Positions 1 through 8,964 of a stretch of 64,000 nt of DNA are shown here, one piece after another; position 1 is the stretch's first letter, and each line of letters starts with the position of its first letter. The position numbers were made by a program, and so were the translations under genes. A model generated the notes under the pieces. That model searched no databases, was not told the DNA's origin, and was given only the letters and a program-made list of their open reading frames with translations. Source of the stretch: an uncultured Candidatus Saccharibacteria bacterium (lineage in GTDB: Bacteria > Patescibacteriota > Minisyncoccia > Phycocordibacterales > WO2-35-19). Where the stretch lies: positions 110,098 through 174,097 of the forward strand of contig CAZPQX010000001.1 in the NCBI GenBank assembly GCA_964589445.1. The letters run 5' to 3'.

Positions 1-64
1 AAAAGCACCCCCTTTTCTTTATTTATCTTTTTTATTATTTGTTTTTTGTTATTTGTCATTTCCA

Positions 65-688
65 TTAGAGATTGTCTTTAAGATTTCTTAAGAAAACCTG
101 AGTAGTTACGACTATTGGACCCAAAGATCTGTTTGGATACTTGTCTATTTCGACACTTACCTTTATAAATCTGACACTGGTAACAGGTACAGGACTAGAA
201 AGGGGTGTGCTTGTACCTGCATAATTTGAATCAAAATATTGAAATATAGGACTAGAGGTACTATTTCTAACATTGTTTATCAAAGTAACTACCGATTCAT
301 TTGCACTATTATAAACAAGAGGATTTCCTGAAGGATTTATAACACCCTTTTTTAAGGAACCATTTTGAAGGAAGTACCTTACTTGCTCTTTATGTGAATC
401 ATTATCTATGTTACTAAAGAAGGTTATGCTTGATGTAGCTGCCTGGGAAATAGGGTAAGAACCTAGGCTAGACGGAGAAGTACTGCGAAGCTCCTTTGCT
501 ATGGTCTTAAGCACCCTCCTACCATCACTCTGTGCACTCAAGTTTTCTTGGGAAGTTGAATTGAACAAAAATATACTATTACTAAAATTAAAAACAGCGA
601 TAAGTATAGCTCCTCCCACAGCAACAGAAATAATAACCTCTGCGAGACTGAAACCATTATATTTTTTTATTTTTATAAATTTAGTCAT
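65..688 (-). CDS. Type IV pilin / pseudopilin with prepilin N-terminal cleavage-methylation motif
   Basis: N-terminus ...KKYNG|FSLAEVIISVAVGGAILIAVF matches the prepilin peptidase site (G, F+1, E+5) followed by a hydrophobic helix; overlaps the next pilin gene by 4 nt. Confidence 0.6.
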   Translation of the reverse strand: MTKFIKIKKYNGFSLAEVIISVAVGGAILIAVFNFSNSIFLFNSTSQENLSAQSDGRRVLKTIAKELRSTSPSSLGSYPISQAATSSITFFSNIDNDSHKEQVRYFLQNGSLKKGVINPSGNPLVYNSANESVVTLINNVRNSTSSPIFQYFDSNYAGTSTPLSSPVPVTSVRFIKVSVEIDKYPNRSLGPIVVTTQVFLRNLKDNL

Positions 689-2511
689 GGTGTCATCAAA
701 ATCTCCGTTCTCTTGGAAGAAGAGTTTAGGTTGAAGTCATTTACTGTTTGGGTTGAGTACCCCGGAGCAACCACCTCTATGTCATACAAACCAGTGGATA
801 ATCCACCAAAAGTGACTTGTCCAGGAGGAATGCAAGATGAAGAGAAAGAGATGACAAAATCAGAAACGGTAGGAGAAAGCGCTGGATTTATTGTACTTAA
901 AAATATTTTGTATCTTATATACCTACTTCCGTTGTGTACAGAATTTATTGAATTATTTGTTATGGTGTAAAAACTAGAAGCTGTACCGTCAGGCCCTAGG
1001 AAATTCCATGTAGTTGTAGCTGTATTATCAGGAGAAGTAGCTATTTGATATTTCACCGGGTCACTACCCAAAGAAGGGTTTTGATCAGTTGGCAATATAT
1101 CCACCTTACTCCAATTTGAAGATGTGCCTGTATCAAATATGGATGAGACAAGGAACCCAGAAGGTACAAAGTTACCGAGTGATTGTACAAGCTTCAAATC
1201 TCCCGCAGGGTTGCTTGTATCAATATTTCCGTCTGATGTATGAAATCTAGTCTCATCTGACCAATTGACTTGCCCACTACCACCCGACCAATTTGTTTGT
1301 CTAAAATAACCTTGATTTGTATCAAGTGTCTCAGAAAAACCAGTACGCGAAATAGTGACACTAGCTCCAGAAATAGGTAAACCAGTTGAACCATCTTTTA
1401 CGCCCACAGAAAGAAAAGATGGGCTACCTTCGGCCACTACAAGATCAATATTTTGTGTTGAGTCTGGAAGTATTGAAATCGGGAAGATTGGGTTGGTACC
1501 CGCAAGATAATTGCCTCCTGAAAGAGCGAAAGAAAAAACATCCCACTCCAAATTATTTATATTATATTCACCAGAAGAGTTGGTACTGAAGCTACCATTC
1601 CACTTAAATACATTTGGCGAAGTACCTATGAGCTTGGTGCCGTCTATAGAAAAAGGGACATTTGGTACAGGTAAACACTTGTCTGTTATGGTCCTGATAT
1701 TCAAATCACTAACTCTGTCTATAACAAAAGAAACCTGAGTGAGCTGTTGAAGCAAAACAGTCGCATCACTTTTTACTGGATTTGGGTTTGAAGTAGAAGT
1801 GGCATAAGTACGATCTGTAGTAAATCCTGATTTTGTAGCTGTAATCCTATAAGAATTTTGTCCTGGCGGTGCATCCACGATCTGGAGGAGACCTTCGTTG
1901 TTTGTTGTTTCGTTTATAGATATACCAAGAGTTGGATTTTGGACACTGACGTTTGCCTGAGGTACTGGGTTGCCATTTGCATCAAACACTCTTACGAACA
2001 ATGCTCCATTGGTAGAAGCCGACTCAAGATTTTTGGGAGCAAATACAGTATGAGCTTCAAAATCTGAGCTATCTTTACAATTTTGACACACCACATTAAC
2101 CTGCATCATTTTATAATCTGCGGGGGATAAATCATTGGGTGAGCCGCCTATAGTACCATCAAACGGATCGTCAATATTTCTGATTACTCTAGTAACAGAA
2201 AACTGCCTACCGTCGACCATAACCGTCGAAGTTGGTGCCACCACCCCGACGGGAATACCCCCTAACAACCCCACCTTGGCAAAGGGTATATTTCGGACAA
2301 GCTCAAATTCAGCATTCATCAAATCTATTGCTGCTATCTTGTCTCTGGAGACAGATACTAGTCTTGTGATAGAGACAAACCCTTGATAGATGGCCATAGA
2401 GACAACCGCAAAAATAGCAGCAGCTATCACCACTTCAATCATTGAAAAACCCCTACTAATACTTAGTTTAGTGATCAAAAAACTTTTTTGTTTTGGTTTA
2501 TTGGATAGCAT
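685..2511 (-). CDS. Large (608 aa) prepilin-type N-terminal domain protein (minor pilin/tip-like), S/T/N-rich C-terminal region
   Basis: N-terminus ...SISRG|FSMIEVVIAAAIFAVVSMAIYQGF carries a class III signal peptide motif; long low-complexity Thr/Ser/Asn-rich body; overlaps the pilC start. Confidence 0.55.
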   Translation of the reverse strand: MLSNKPKQKSFLITKLSISRGFSMIEVVIAAAIFAVVSMAIYQGFVSITRLVSVSRDKIAAIDLMNAEFELVRNIPFAKVGLLGGIPVGVVAPTSTVMVDGRQFSVTRVIRNIDDPFDGTIGGSPNDLSPADYKMMQVNVVCQNCKDSSDFEAHTVFAPKNLESASTNGALFVRVFDANGNPVPQANVSVQNPTLGISINETTNNEGLLQIVDAPPGQNSYRITATKSGFTTDRTYATSTSNPNPVKSDATVLLQQLTQVSFVIDRVSDLNIRTITDKCLPVPNVPFSIDGTKLIGTSPNVFKWNGSFSTNSSGEYNINNLEWDVFSFALSGGNYLAGTNPIFPISILPDSTQNIDLVVAEGSPSFLSVGVKDGSTGLPISGASVTISRTGFSETLDTNQGYFRQTNWSGGSGQVNWSDETRFHTSDGNIDTSNPAGDLKLVQSLGNFVPSGFLVSSIFDTGTSSNWSKVDILPTDQNPSLGSDPVKYQIATSPDNTATTTWNFLGPDGTASSFYTITNNSINSVHNGSRYIRYKIFLSTINPALSPTVSDFVISFSSSCIPPGQVTFGGLSTGLYDIEVVAPGYSTQTVNDFNLNSSSKRTEILMTP

Positions 2512-3724
2512 CTACTAGAGAATATGTAGGCAACATCATGGCTATAGCAAAAATACCAACAGCGATACCCATGAGCACCATTAGAAATGGCTCGATGATA
2601 GTAGAGAGATCTTTTGTTTTTTGATCTATTTCTGCCTCATAATAATCAGCTATGTTACCGAGCATCTCAGACATCTTACCTGTCTCCTCACCCACTGAGA
2701 GCATTTCTGAAAGAAATACAGGGTAAAGATTTTGATTTTCGGAATTTAAAGATACAGACAAAAGCTCGCCAAGCTCTACTTTTTTGGTTGCAGTAATTAC
2801 AATTTCTTTAAAATAATGATTTTGCAAAACATCTGATGTAGTTTCGAGAGCAGAAACAATAGGCACCCCAGAAGAAATAAGTGATGAGAGTGTCCTCGCT
2901 GTACGAGCGGCATTTACCTCCCTCGACATACTGCCTATCACAGGCAAATGCAAAACAAGAGAGTCTGAAAAGTCTTTGCCTCTTTTTGTTTTTAAACTGA
3001 AAAATACTGTAAGGAAAATAGCCATAAGTGAACCCAATGTAAGCAAAATGTTTAATCTCAAAAAGTCACTTATAGCCACAATAATCCTGGTAGGCAAAGG
3101 CAACTCAATATTTAAACCTTTAAATGTTTCTGTGAGAGTAGGTACCATATAAACCATGAGTACGATACCGATGACTAACATTATAGTCATGATAACGACA
3201 GGGTAAATCATCGCGCCCTTAACCTTCTTGGTAAGAAGGTAAGATTTTTCAAGTTGCTGCCCTATTGTCCTAAGGGACTCCGAAAGTTTGCCCGACTCTT
3301 CCCCCGCTCTCACCATAGAGACGAAAAGCTGAGAAAAAACTTCAGGGTGAGCTTCGAGTGATTTTGAAAAAGTCTCTCCAGAGCTAACTGAATTAGAGAT
3401 AGACTCGAGGAGAGAAATCATGTTTTTCTTCTTGGCCTGCTTTTGAAGTACAGAAAGAGCACGAGAAATAGAAAGGCCTGCATCTACCATAACTGCTATA
3501 TTTTTAGCAAAATTTATTTGATCTTCTGGCTTTATCTTTTTTCTAAAAGAAAAAATGTTTATACTAGGCCCCTTACTTTTTATTTCTTCTACAGAAACTA
3601 CAGAGCCGTTTTCACCCCTTATAGCAGAATATAATTCACCCTTGTCAGCAAAAGATTTTGTTTCCTGTTTTTCTACTCCATTTACTATGTATTTGTATTT
3701 ATAGTTTGGCATGCGATTTTGCAA
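2498..3724 (-). CDS. pilC: Type IV pilus assembly platform protein PilC (GspF family)
   Basis: 408 aa with duplicated GspF domains and three TM segments (MIYPVVIMTIMLVIGIVLMV..., IEPFLMVLMGIAVGIFAIAMMLP). Confidence 0.85.
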   Translation of the reverse strand: MQNRMPNYKYKYIVNGVEKQETKSFADKGELYSAIRGENGSVVSVEEIKSKGPSINIFSFRKKIKPEDQINFAKNIAVMVDAGLSISRALSVLQKQAKKKNMISLLESISNSVSSGETFSKSLEAHPEVFSQLFVSMVRAGEESGKLSESLRTIGQQLEKSYLLTKKVKGAMIYPVVIMTIMLVIGIVLMVYMVPTLTETFKGLNIELPLPTRIIVAISDFLRLNILLTLGSLMAIFLTVFFSLKTKRGKDFSDSLVLHLPVIGSMSREVNAARTARTLSSLISSGVPIVSALETTSDVLQNHYFKEIVITATKKVELGELLSVSLNSENQNLYPVFLSEMLSVGEETGKMSEMLGNIADYYEAEIDQKTKDLSTIIEPFLMVLMGIAVGIFAIAMMLPTYSLVDAIQ

Positions 3725-3805
3725 GATGCGACGTCATGCTAAATTATAGCAACATACAAAAATATTTTGAAAAAAATCTGTTTATAATAAAAAAATTTTT
3801 ATTAT

Positions 3806-5557
3806 TTATTCAGACACCACTCTCAAGACTTCTTCGATAGTTGTGAGACCTTGCGCAGCTTTGAAGACTCCGTCTTCGAGCATTGTGAGCATACCTTCTT
3901 TTTTTGCATGTAGCTCTATGTCTTCAGTAGTTGCACCTTTGATTATCAAATTTTTGACAGCAGAAGAAACATTGAGTACTTCGTATATACCTATACGCCC
4001 CTTAAATGCGTCCTCTTTAGCATCTTTCTCTGGCCTGAAGAAAGGCACATTTTCCCAGTCATCATTTTTGCCTATTATCTTTTCTTCTTTGAGCACATTG
4101 AGCACCACATCCAAATTGACCACTTTTGAAAGAGAGTCGAGCTCCGCTTTTGATAAATAATATTTTTCTTTTTTGTCTACCAATTTTCTTACGAGCCTTT
4201 GAGCAATGATAGCATCGAGAGTTGATATAAGTAGAAACGGCTCAACTTTCATATCGATGAGGCGGGGGATGGCGCCAGCGGCTGAGTTGGTGTGCAAAGT
4301 AGAGAGCACCAAGTGCCCAGTGAGGGATGCGTTGATAGCGAGGCTCGCTGTCTCTCCATCGCGGATCTCCCCCACCATTATGATATCTGGGTCCTGACGC
4401 ACGAGAGTACGTAGACCAGCACTAAATGTAAGCCCAATCTCTGGCTTCACTTGAGTTTGGTTGACCCTTTTCATTTGGTACTCCACAGGATCTTCGATGG
4501 TAGAAATATTTACATCATTGGTATTTAAAATATCGATCATTGTATAGAGTGTAGTAGACTTTCCGCTTCCTGTTGGGCCCGTGACTAGTATCATGCCTGT
4601 AGTGTGCTGCAAAACTTTGTGAAGCAAATCCAAACCTTGGCCATGGAAGCCGAGTGACTCGAGCGTAAAGCCCGAGACTGATTCGCGTAGTAACCTCATC
4701 ACTATCTTCTCACCATAATAAACAGGCAAAGTAGATACACGGAAAGAAACTTTTTCCCCATTCATGTCTATCTTGAACCTTCCATCTTGCGGAAGCCTCT
4801 TTTCGTCGAGCCTCAAATTTGAAAGCACTTTTATACGCGCAGCGAGCGAGTTGCCTATGTGTTTTGGCAACACCATGGCGTCATGCAACACCCCGTCTAT
4901 CCTATACCTTACAAGTATCTGATCTTCGAGTGGCTCGATGTGGATATCAGAAGAGTTTTGGATGATTGAGTGCTTGAGCAGTGTGTCGACTATCCTGACC
5001 ACAGGCAACTCTTCGGCAAGTTTCTTGAGATCGCTCGCACTTGCCTCTTCGCCAGGTATTTTTTCGGCTATTGTTTTTATGTTGTCAGACTCCTCCTTTA
5101 TCAAATCTCCGAAGTCGTCTTTGAGGTTTTTTTGGTATTGGATAAGTACACTCCTCATCGACTCCGAGTCAGTCAGGCGTGGCAAAATTTTGAGCCCCAC
5201 CTTTTTCTTTATGGAGTTGAGAGCCTGGAGGTCATCAGTATCGAGCATGGCGACTTCGAGAGAGTCGTCCCTTCTTTCGAAAGCTACCACGTTGTGCTTC
5301 CTGGCTATCGGCTCTGGGATAAGGGTGAGTATGTCTCTATCTATATTTTGACCTTTGAGATTTATGAAAGGGATACCCAGTATATATGCTTGTATCCTCC
5401 TTATGTCATCGTCAGAAAATTTGCCCTTAGAAACAAGAATATCGCTTATCGATTTCTTTTTTGTTTTAGCTTCTCCTTCGGCCTCTTCTACCTCCGTCTT
5501 TGAGATGAGGCCAGCATCAACTATAAATTCTTTTATTTGTGAGTCTTCTACATGCAT
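3806..5557 (-). CDS. pilB: Type IV pilus assembly ATPase PilB (GspE family)
   Basis: N-terminal GspE_N-like domain; Walker A LVTGPTGSGKSTTLYT; Asp box and His box (GEIRD, LVLSTLHTNSAAGAI) in the C-terminal domain. Confidence 0.9.
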   Translation of the reverse strand: MHVEDSQIKEFIVDAGLISKTEVEEAEGEAKTKKKSISDILVSKGKFSDDDIRRIQAYILGIPFINLKGQNIDRDILTLIPEPIARKHNVVAFERRDDSLEVAMLDTDDLQALNSIKKKVGLKILPRLTDSESMRSVLIQYQKNLKDDFGDLIKEESDNIKTIAEKIPGEEASASDLKKLAEELPVVRIVDTLLKHSIIQNSSDIHIEPLEDQILVRYRIDGVLHDAMVLPKHIGNSLAARIKVLSNLRLDEKRLPQDGRFKIDMNGEKVSFRVSTLPVYYGEKIVMRLLRESVSGFTLESLGFHGQGLDLLHKVLQHTTGMILVTGPTGSGKSTTLYTMIDILNTNDVNISTIEDPVEYQMKRVNQTQVKPEIGLTFSAGLRTLVRQDPDIIMVGEIRDGETASLAINASLTGHLVLSTLHTNSAAGAIPRLIDMKVEPFLLISTLDAIIAQRLVRKLVDKKEKYYLSKAELDSLSKVVNLDVVLNVLKEEKIIGKNDDWENVPFFRPEKDAKEDAFKGRIGIYEVLNVSSAVKNLIIKGATTEDIELHAKKEGMLTMLEDGVFKAAQGLTTIEEVLRVVSE

Positions 5558-5651
5558 ACGATTTTGCGAAATCGTTTAGAGCACGATTTACACTGTATGC
5601 ATTTATTATATTGTTATAGAAAAATAAAATCTAGGGAAAAACTCTGAAAAA

Positions 5652-6188
5652 TTAAATTTCTTTTCTGTTTCTGTTGTTTCTTGGATTTCCGATCAAATAT
5701 TTTTTTGGATTTTGATCTAAGTCGATGAAGTCATCAGCTGACTCGATAAGGCGAGCAGAAGTAGATTTGCCAAACGAAGCGACTTCCACCTGACAACCTT
5801 GGTTTTTTAAGTATTCAACAAGAGGCACGAAGTCTCCGTCACCTGTTATCAAGATGATCGCATCAAGTTTGGGTGCGAGCTTGATAGCGTCTACCGCGAG
5901 CCCCACATCCCAGTCACCCTTTTTTGCACCTCCTGCAAAAATCTGCAAATTTTTTGTTTTTGTTTCTATGCCCACTTTTTCAAGTGCGTCAAAAAAACTT
6001 CTTTCTTCACCGCTCTCTGTAGTGACTACATAAGCAACTGCTCGAGTCAAAGAACGGCCAGCGAGAGACTCTCTCACCACCTGATCAAAGTTTACTTTTG
6101 ATTTGTAAATGTTTTTTGCACTGTGATACAAATTTTGTGTGTCTATAAAAATACCGACACGTTGGCTTTTTTGTTTTATAACCGCCAT
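5652..6188 (-). CDS. NYN-domain (LabA-like, DUF88) predicted RNA nuclease
   Basis: IGIFIDTQNLYHS...ILITGDGDFVPLVEYLKNQGCQVEV is the NYN/LabA signature. Confidence 0.6.
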   Translation of the reverse strand: MAVIKQKSQRVGIFIDTQNLYHSAKNIYKSKVNFDQVVRESLAGRSLTRAVAYVVTTESGEERSFFDALEKVGIETKTKNLQIFAGGAKKGDWDVGLAVDAIKLAPKLDAIILITGDGDFVPLVEYLKNQGCQVEVASFGKSTSARLIESADDFIDLDQNPKKYLIGNPRNNRNRKEI

Positions 6189-6286
6189 AAATATAAAAAT
6201 TAGAGTATTAAAAAATCTAACATTCGAGAATTAAATAAATTAATTCCCAAATTCTAAAATTTAAAAACTAGACCGACAATAGAATA

Positions 6287-6559
6287 TTAAGCAGCTTTCT
6301 TTAGACCAAGCTTCTTAACTACTGAATTATACCTCTTAGCGTCTTTCTTTTCCAAATACTTCATGTGTGATTTCCTTGCAGCCACAAGTCCCAAAAGCCC
6401 TCTTCTTGAGTGCTTGTCTTTTTTATTTTTCTTTAGGTGAGAAGAAAGGTCGTCTATCCTACGGGAAAGTACGGCTATCTGAACCTCAGGAGAGCCAGTG
6501 TCTGTATCATGCACCTTTACTTCTTTTATTATTTTTTGCTTCTTTGTCTTTGTAAGCAT
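6287..6559 (-). CDS. rpsO: 30S ribosomal protein S15
   Basis: 90 aa; ...SPEVQIAVLSRRIDDLSSHLKKNKKDKHSRRGLLGLVAARKSHMKYL is canonical S15. Confidence 0.9.
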   Translation of the reverse strand: MLTKTKKQKIIKEVKVHDTDTGSPEVQIAVLSRRIDDLSSHLKKNKKDKHSRRGLLGLVAARKSHMKYLEKKDAKRYNSVVKKLGLKKAA

Positions 6560-6659
6560 TACCCCACAAGGTTAGCATAAATACCAATTTTTGGCAAGTG
6601 CCAAGGCAAAAGCCCCATTTTGGCTGATTTTGGGCTCTTTTGACTGTTGAGTTATCCAC

Positions 6660-6688
6660 TTGACATATCTACCTGTTTGGTATATAAT
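6660..6688 (+). promoter_or_regulatory. Perfect sigma70 consensus promoter TTGACA-17 nt-TATAAT
   Basis: ttgaca(6660-6665) tatctacctgtttggta tataat(6683-6688), then AAAGGAG RBS and ATG at 6706. Confidence 0.5.
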
Positions 6689-6705
6689 ATATAAAGGAGT
6701 TCCCA

Positions 6706-7038
6706 ATGACAATCAATATGAACGGCCTCGCTGAGGCCAAGATGAAGTGGTTTTCGGTCAGGATCTTCCTGATCACACTGATCATGTCCCTTGGTTGGAC
6801 GGGAGCTATGGTAGCTTCCCGCACGAGGGGGACCTACCAGGAGGTAAGTCACGAAGTTGGAATGATCATGGCGATGTTAACTTTAATGATCGTACTTCTG
6901 GCGATCCTCTGCCTCTGTGAGGGCAATTGGCAACCCGACCCCAGACCATGGAGCGACCGGACTTATGTGTCTGGGCGAGCATGGGTCTCCATGGCCCTTG
7001 CCCTCCCAATCACCAATATTTTCCTCCTACTACAGTAG
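6706..7038 (+). CDS. Hypothetical small membrane protein; first gene of the high-GC islet
   Basis: ORF with strong promoter and RBS; 2-3 predicted TM helices; GC content far above flanking host genes. Confidence 0.45.
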   Translation: MTINMNGLAEAKMKWFSVRIFLITLIMSLGWTGAMVASRTRGTYQEVSHEVGMIMAMLTLMIVLLAILCLCEGNWQPDPRPWSDRTYVSGRAWVSMALALPITNIFLLLQ

Positions 7039-7112
7039 GAGCAAACCGCCCCGTTTTAGACAAAGCTCCGTGCTCGTCTAGACGGGGCTTTCTGTTTGCT
7101 ATAATAAAGTAG

Positions 7113-8069
7113 ATGGATAAAAAACTTTTAAATACAGATGCAAACGAGCTCCCCTCTCACCCACTCGGGCAACTCGCACGACAATTCCTCGAATACATAG
7201 AGATAGAAAAAGGCCGCAGCCTGAAGACAGTAGATAATTACAAAAGGTACCTCTCAGTATTCCTACAACACACCAAAGTAGAAGATGCGGGAGATATCAC
7301 AGATTCCCTTGTAAGAGAGTTCCGCCTTTGGCTAAACAGGAAAGTGAGCGGCAACAATACGAAGACTGGCGACACTCTCTCACGCAAAACTCAAAACTAT
7401 TATCTGATAGCTTTGCGCGCCTTCCTCAAATATTTAGCTCGTCAAGAAGTGAAGACGCTGCCCGCAGAGAGGATCGAGCTCGCCAAGACTCCTGAGAGGT
7501 CACTCGACCTCATCACCCAAGACGAGCTAGAGCGCCTGATGGAAGCTCCTAAAGGAGAAGATTTGAAATCAATAAGAGACAGGTCTATCCTCGAGCTCCT
7601 CTTTTCAACTGGCCTCCGCGTCTCCGAGCTTTGCTCGCTGAGGCGCGATATCAACCTCAAGGCAGACGAGCTTTCGATACGAGGTAAGGGTGGCAAAGTG
7701 CGTGTCGTCTTCCTTTCTGAAAAGGCCAAAACTTGCGTCAAAGAATATTTGGCAAAAAGGAAAGATATGGACGACGCGCTTTTTGTAAAAGTAGATACTG
7801 AAAAAAGAGCGACCAAGATAGACCCACTCACCCCGCGCTCAGTAGAGAGGATCATCAAGCACTACGCGATAAAGTCCGGCATTTCCAAAAAAGTGACCCC
7901 TCACGTGATAAGGCACTGCTTTGCTACCGACCTCCTTAGCAACGGTGCTGACCTCCGCTCTGTACAAGCACTCCTCGGCCACGCTCACATAGGCACCACA
8001 CAGGTTTATACCCACGTGACCGACAAGCACCTCAAAGAAATCCACAAAAAATTCCATAACAAACGATAG
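7113..8069 (+). CDS. Tyrosine site-specific recombinase (XerC/XerD/phage integrase family)
   Basis: C-terminal catalytic signature ...TGLRVSEL...HVIRHCFATDLLSNGADLRSVQALLGHAHIGTTQVYTHV (R, H-x-x-R, H, Y); N-terminal SAM-like core-binding domain. Confidence 0.85.
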   Translation: MDKKLLNTDANELPSHPLGQLARQFLEYIEIEKGRSLKTVDNYKRYLSVFLQHTKVEDAGDITDSLVREFRLWLNRKVSGNNTKTGDTLSRKTQNYYLIALRAFLKYLARQEVKTLPAERIELAKTPERSLDLITQDELERLMEAPKGEDLKSIRDRSILELLFSTGLRVSELCSLRRDINLKADELSIRGKGGKVRVVFLSEKAKTCVKEYLAKRKDMDDALFVKVDTEKRATKIDPLTPRSVERIIKHYAIKSGISKKVTPHVIRHCFATDLLSNGADLRSVQALLGHAHIGTTQVYTHVTDKHLKEIHKKFHNKR

Positions 8070-8139
8070 CTTGATTTTTATACTCTTTTGGTGTATAATA
8101 TAATTTAGATTGATCTAACAAAAGAAAGGATGGCCCATC

Positions 8140-8862
8140 ATGGGAAAATCAGGAGTAGAACCGGAGGGGAAACCCTCGGTAGAGGCGATGTGGAAGAACC
8201 AGTCCAACCGCCTCCAACTGGCAAGAAATCAGGCTATGGTCGCTCGCAAGCTGGGCGACTATGCCTCCGCCCACAGCGGAATGCTGTCGGCGTACATCAC
8301 CATCCTCGGGGGCAACCCCGTTGAAGGTCGGCACCCAGTGAAGTTTTTCTTGCTGGCGCTGTGGCATGCATTTTGCATGTCGTGGCGGTTGGAGAAGCTC
8401 AACCACAACCAGCTGGATGTATGGATTTCATTCATACTGAAGCTGCGCGCCAAGATGCCGGCGTTTAAAAGCGTGCTAAATAAGACGCTTATAGACGCGG
8501 CTGTCCGCGAAGTAAGGGGCGCAAACACCAACGGCAAGCATCACCAGCTAGGTCTTGCACTGCTCACCTATGCCGAGGTGTTGCTTGCAACAGTTTACTG
8601 GGGTGATGAAACCCCTACCATAGTTAAAAATAAGATCAGAGTGGCTCTTGATCTGGAGCCACTGATCCGAGAAGAGTCCGAACAACCCCAAGGCCTGCAG
8701 CAGCTTGTCCGGATTCTCCGGAAAGCGGGCGAGCTCTACATCGCCCTTGGAGAACCACTCCAAGGGAAAGCGTACCTCAACTATGCTCTCGTCCTCGCCC
8801 AAGGCGAGGCAGATGCCCCAGACCAAGTCCCCAAGATCAAGGCTATACTGGCCAAGATCTAA
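8140..8862 (+). CDS. Hypothetical protein (240 aa), high-GC islet cargo
   Basis: Long ORF with RBS (aaaggatggcccatcATG) and an intrinsic terminator downstream; its start region is conserved with the gene at 35683. Confidence 0.5.
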   Translation: MGKSGVEPEGKPSVEAMWKNQSNRLQLARNQAMVARKLGDYASAHSGMLSAYITILGGNPVEGRHPVKFFLLALWHAFCMSWRLEKLNHNQLDVWISFILKLRAKMPAFKSVLNKTLIDAAVREVRGANTNGKHHQLGLALLTYAEVLLATVYWGDETPTIVKNKIRVALDLEPLIREESEQPQGLQQLVRILRKAGELYIALGEPLQGKAYLNYALVLAQGEADAPDQVPKIKAILAKI

Positions 8863-8869
8863 AACCCAA

Positions 8870-8911
8870 CCGCCCCTTCGGCACAAAATCCGAAGGAGGC
8901 GGATTTTGTTT
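8870..8911 (+). terminator. Rho-independent terminator
   Basis: ccgccccttcgg ... ccgaaggaggcgg hairpin followed by attttgttt. Confidence 0.5.
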
Positions 8912-8964
8912 ATATAAAGAGGAAAAATTTGAAAAAAAATGGTTTTCGTGTTAATTTTTTGCTC

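Noticed and set aside
4938-5503. Plus-strand ORFs of 137 and 177 aa inside pilB (and similar antisense ORFs inside rny, the integrase, secY, uvrB, ftsI, etc.)
   Set aside because: All lie antisense within strongly conserved genes and have low-complexity compositions mirroring the sense strand; treated as spurious.
6600-8925. Interpretation of the integrase islet as a prophage
   Set aside because: Only about 2.3 kb with no capsid, terminase, repressor or replication genes; at most a minimal integrative element or Xer-type module.
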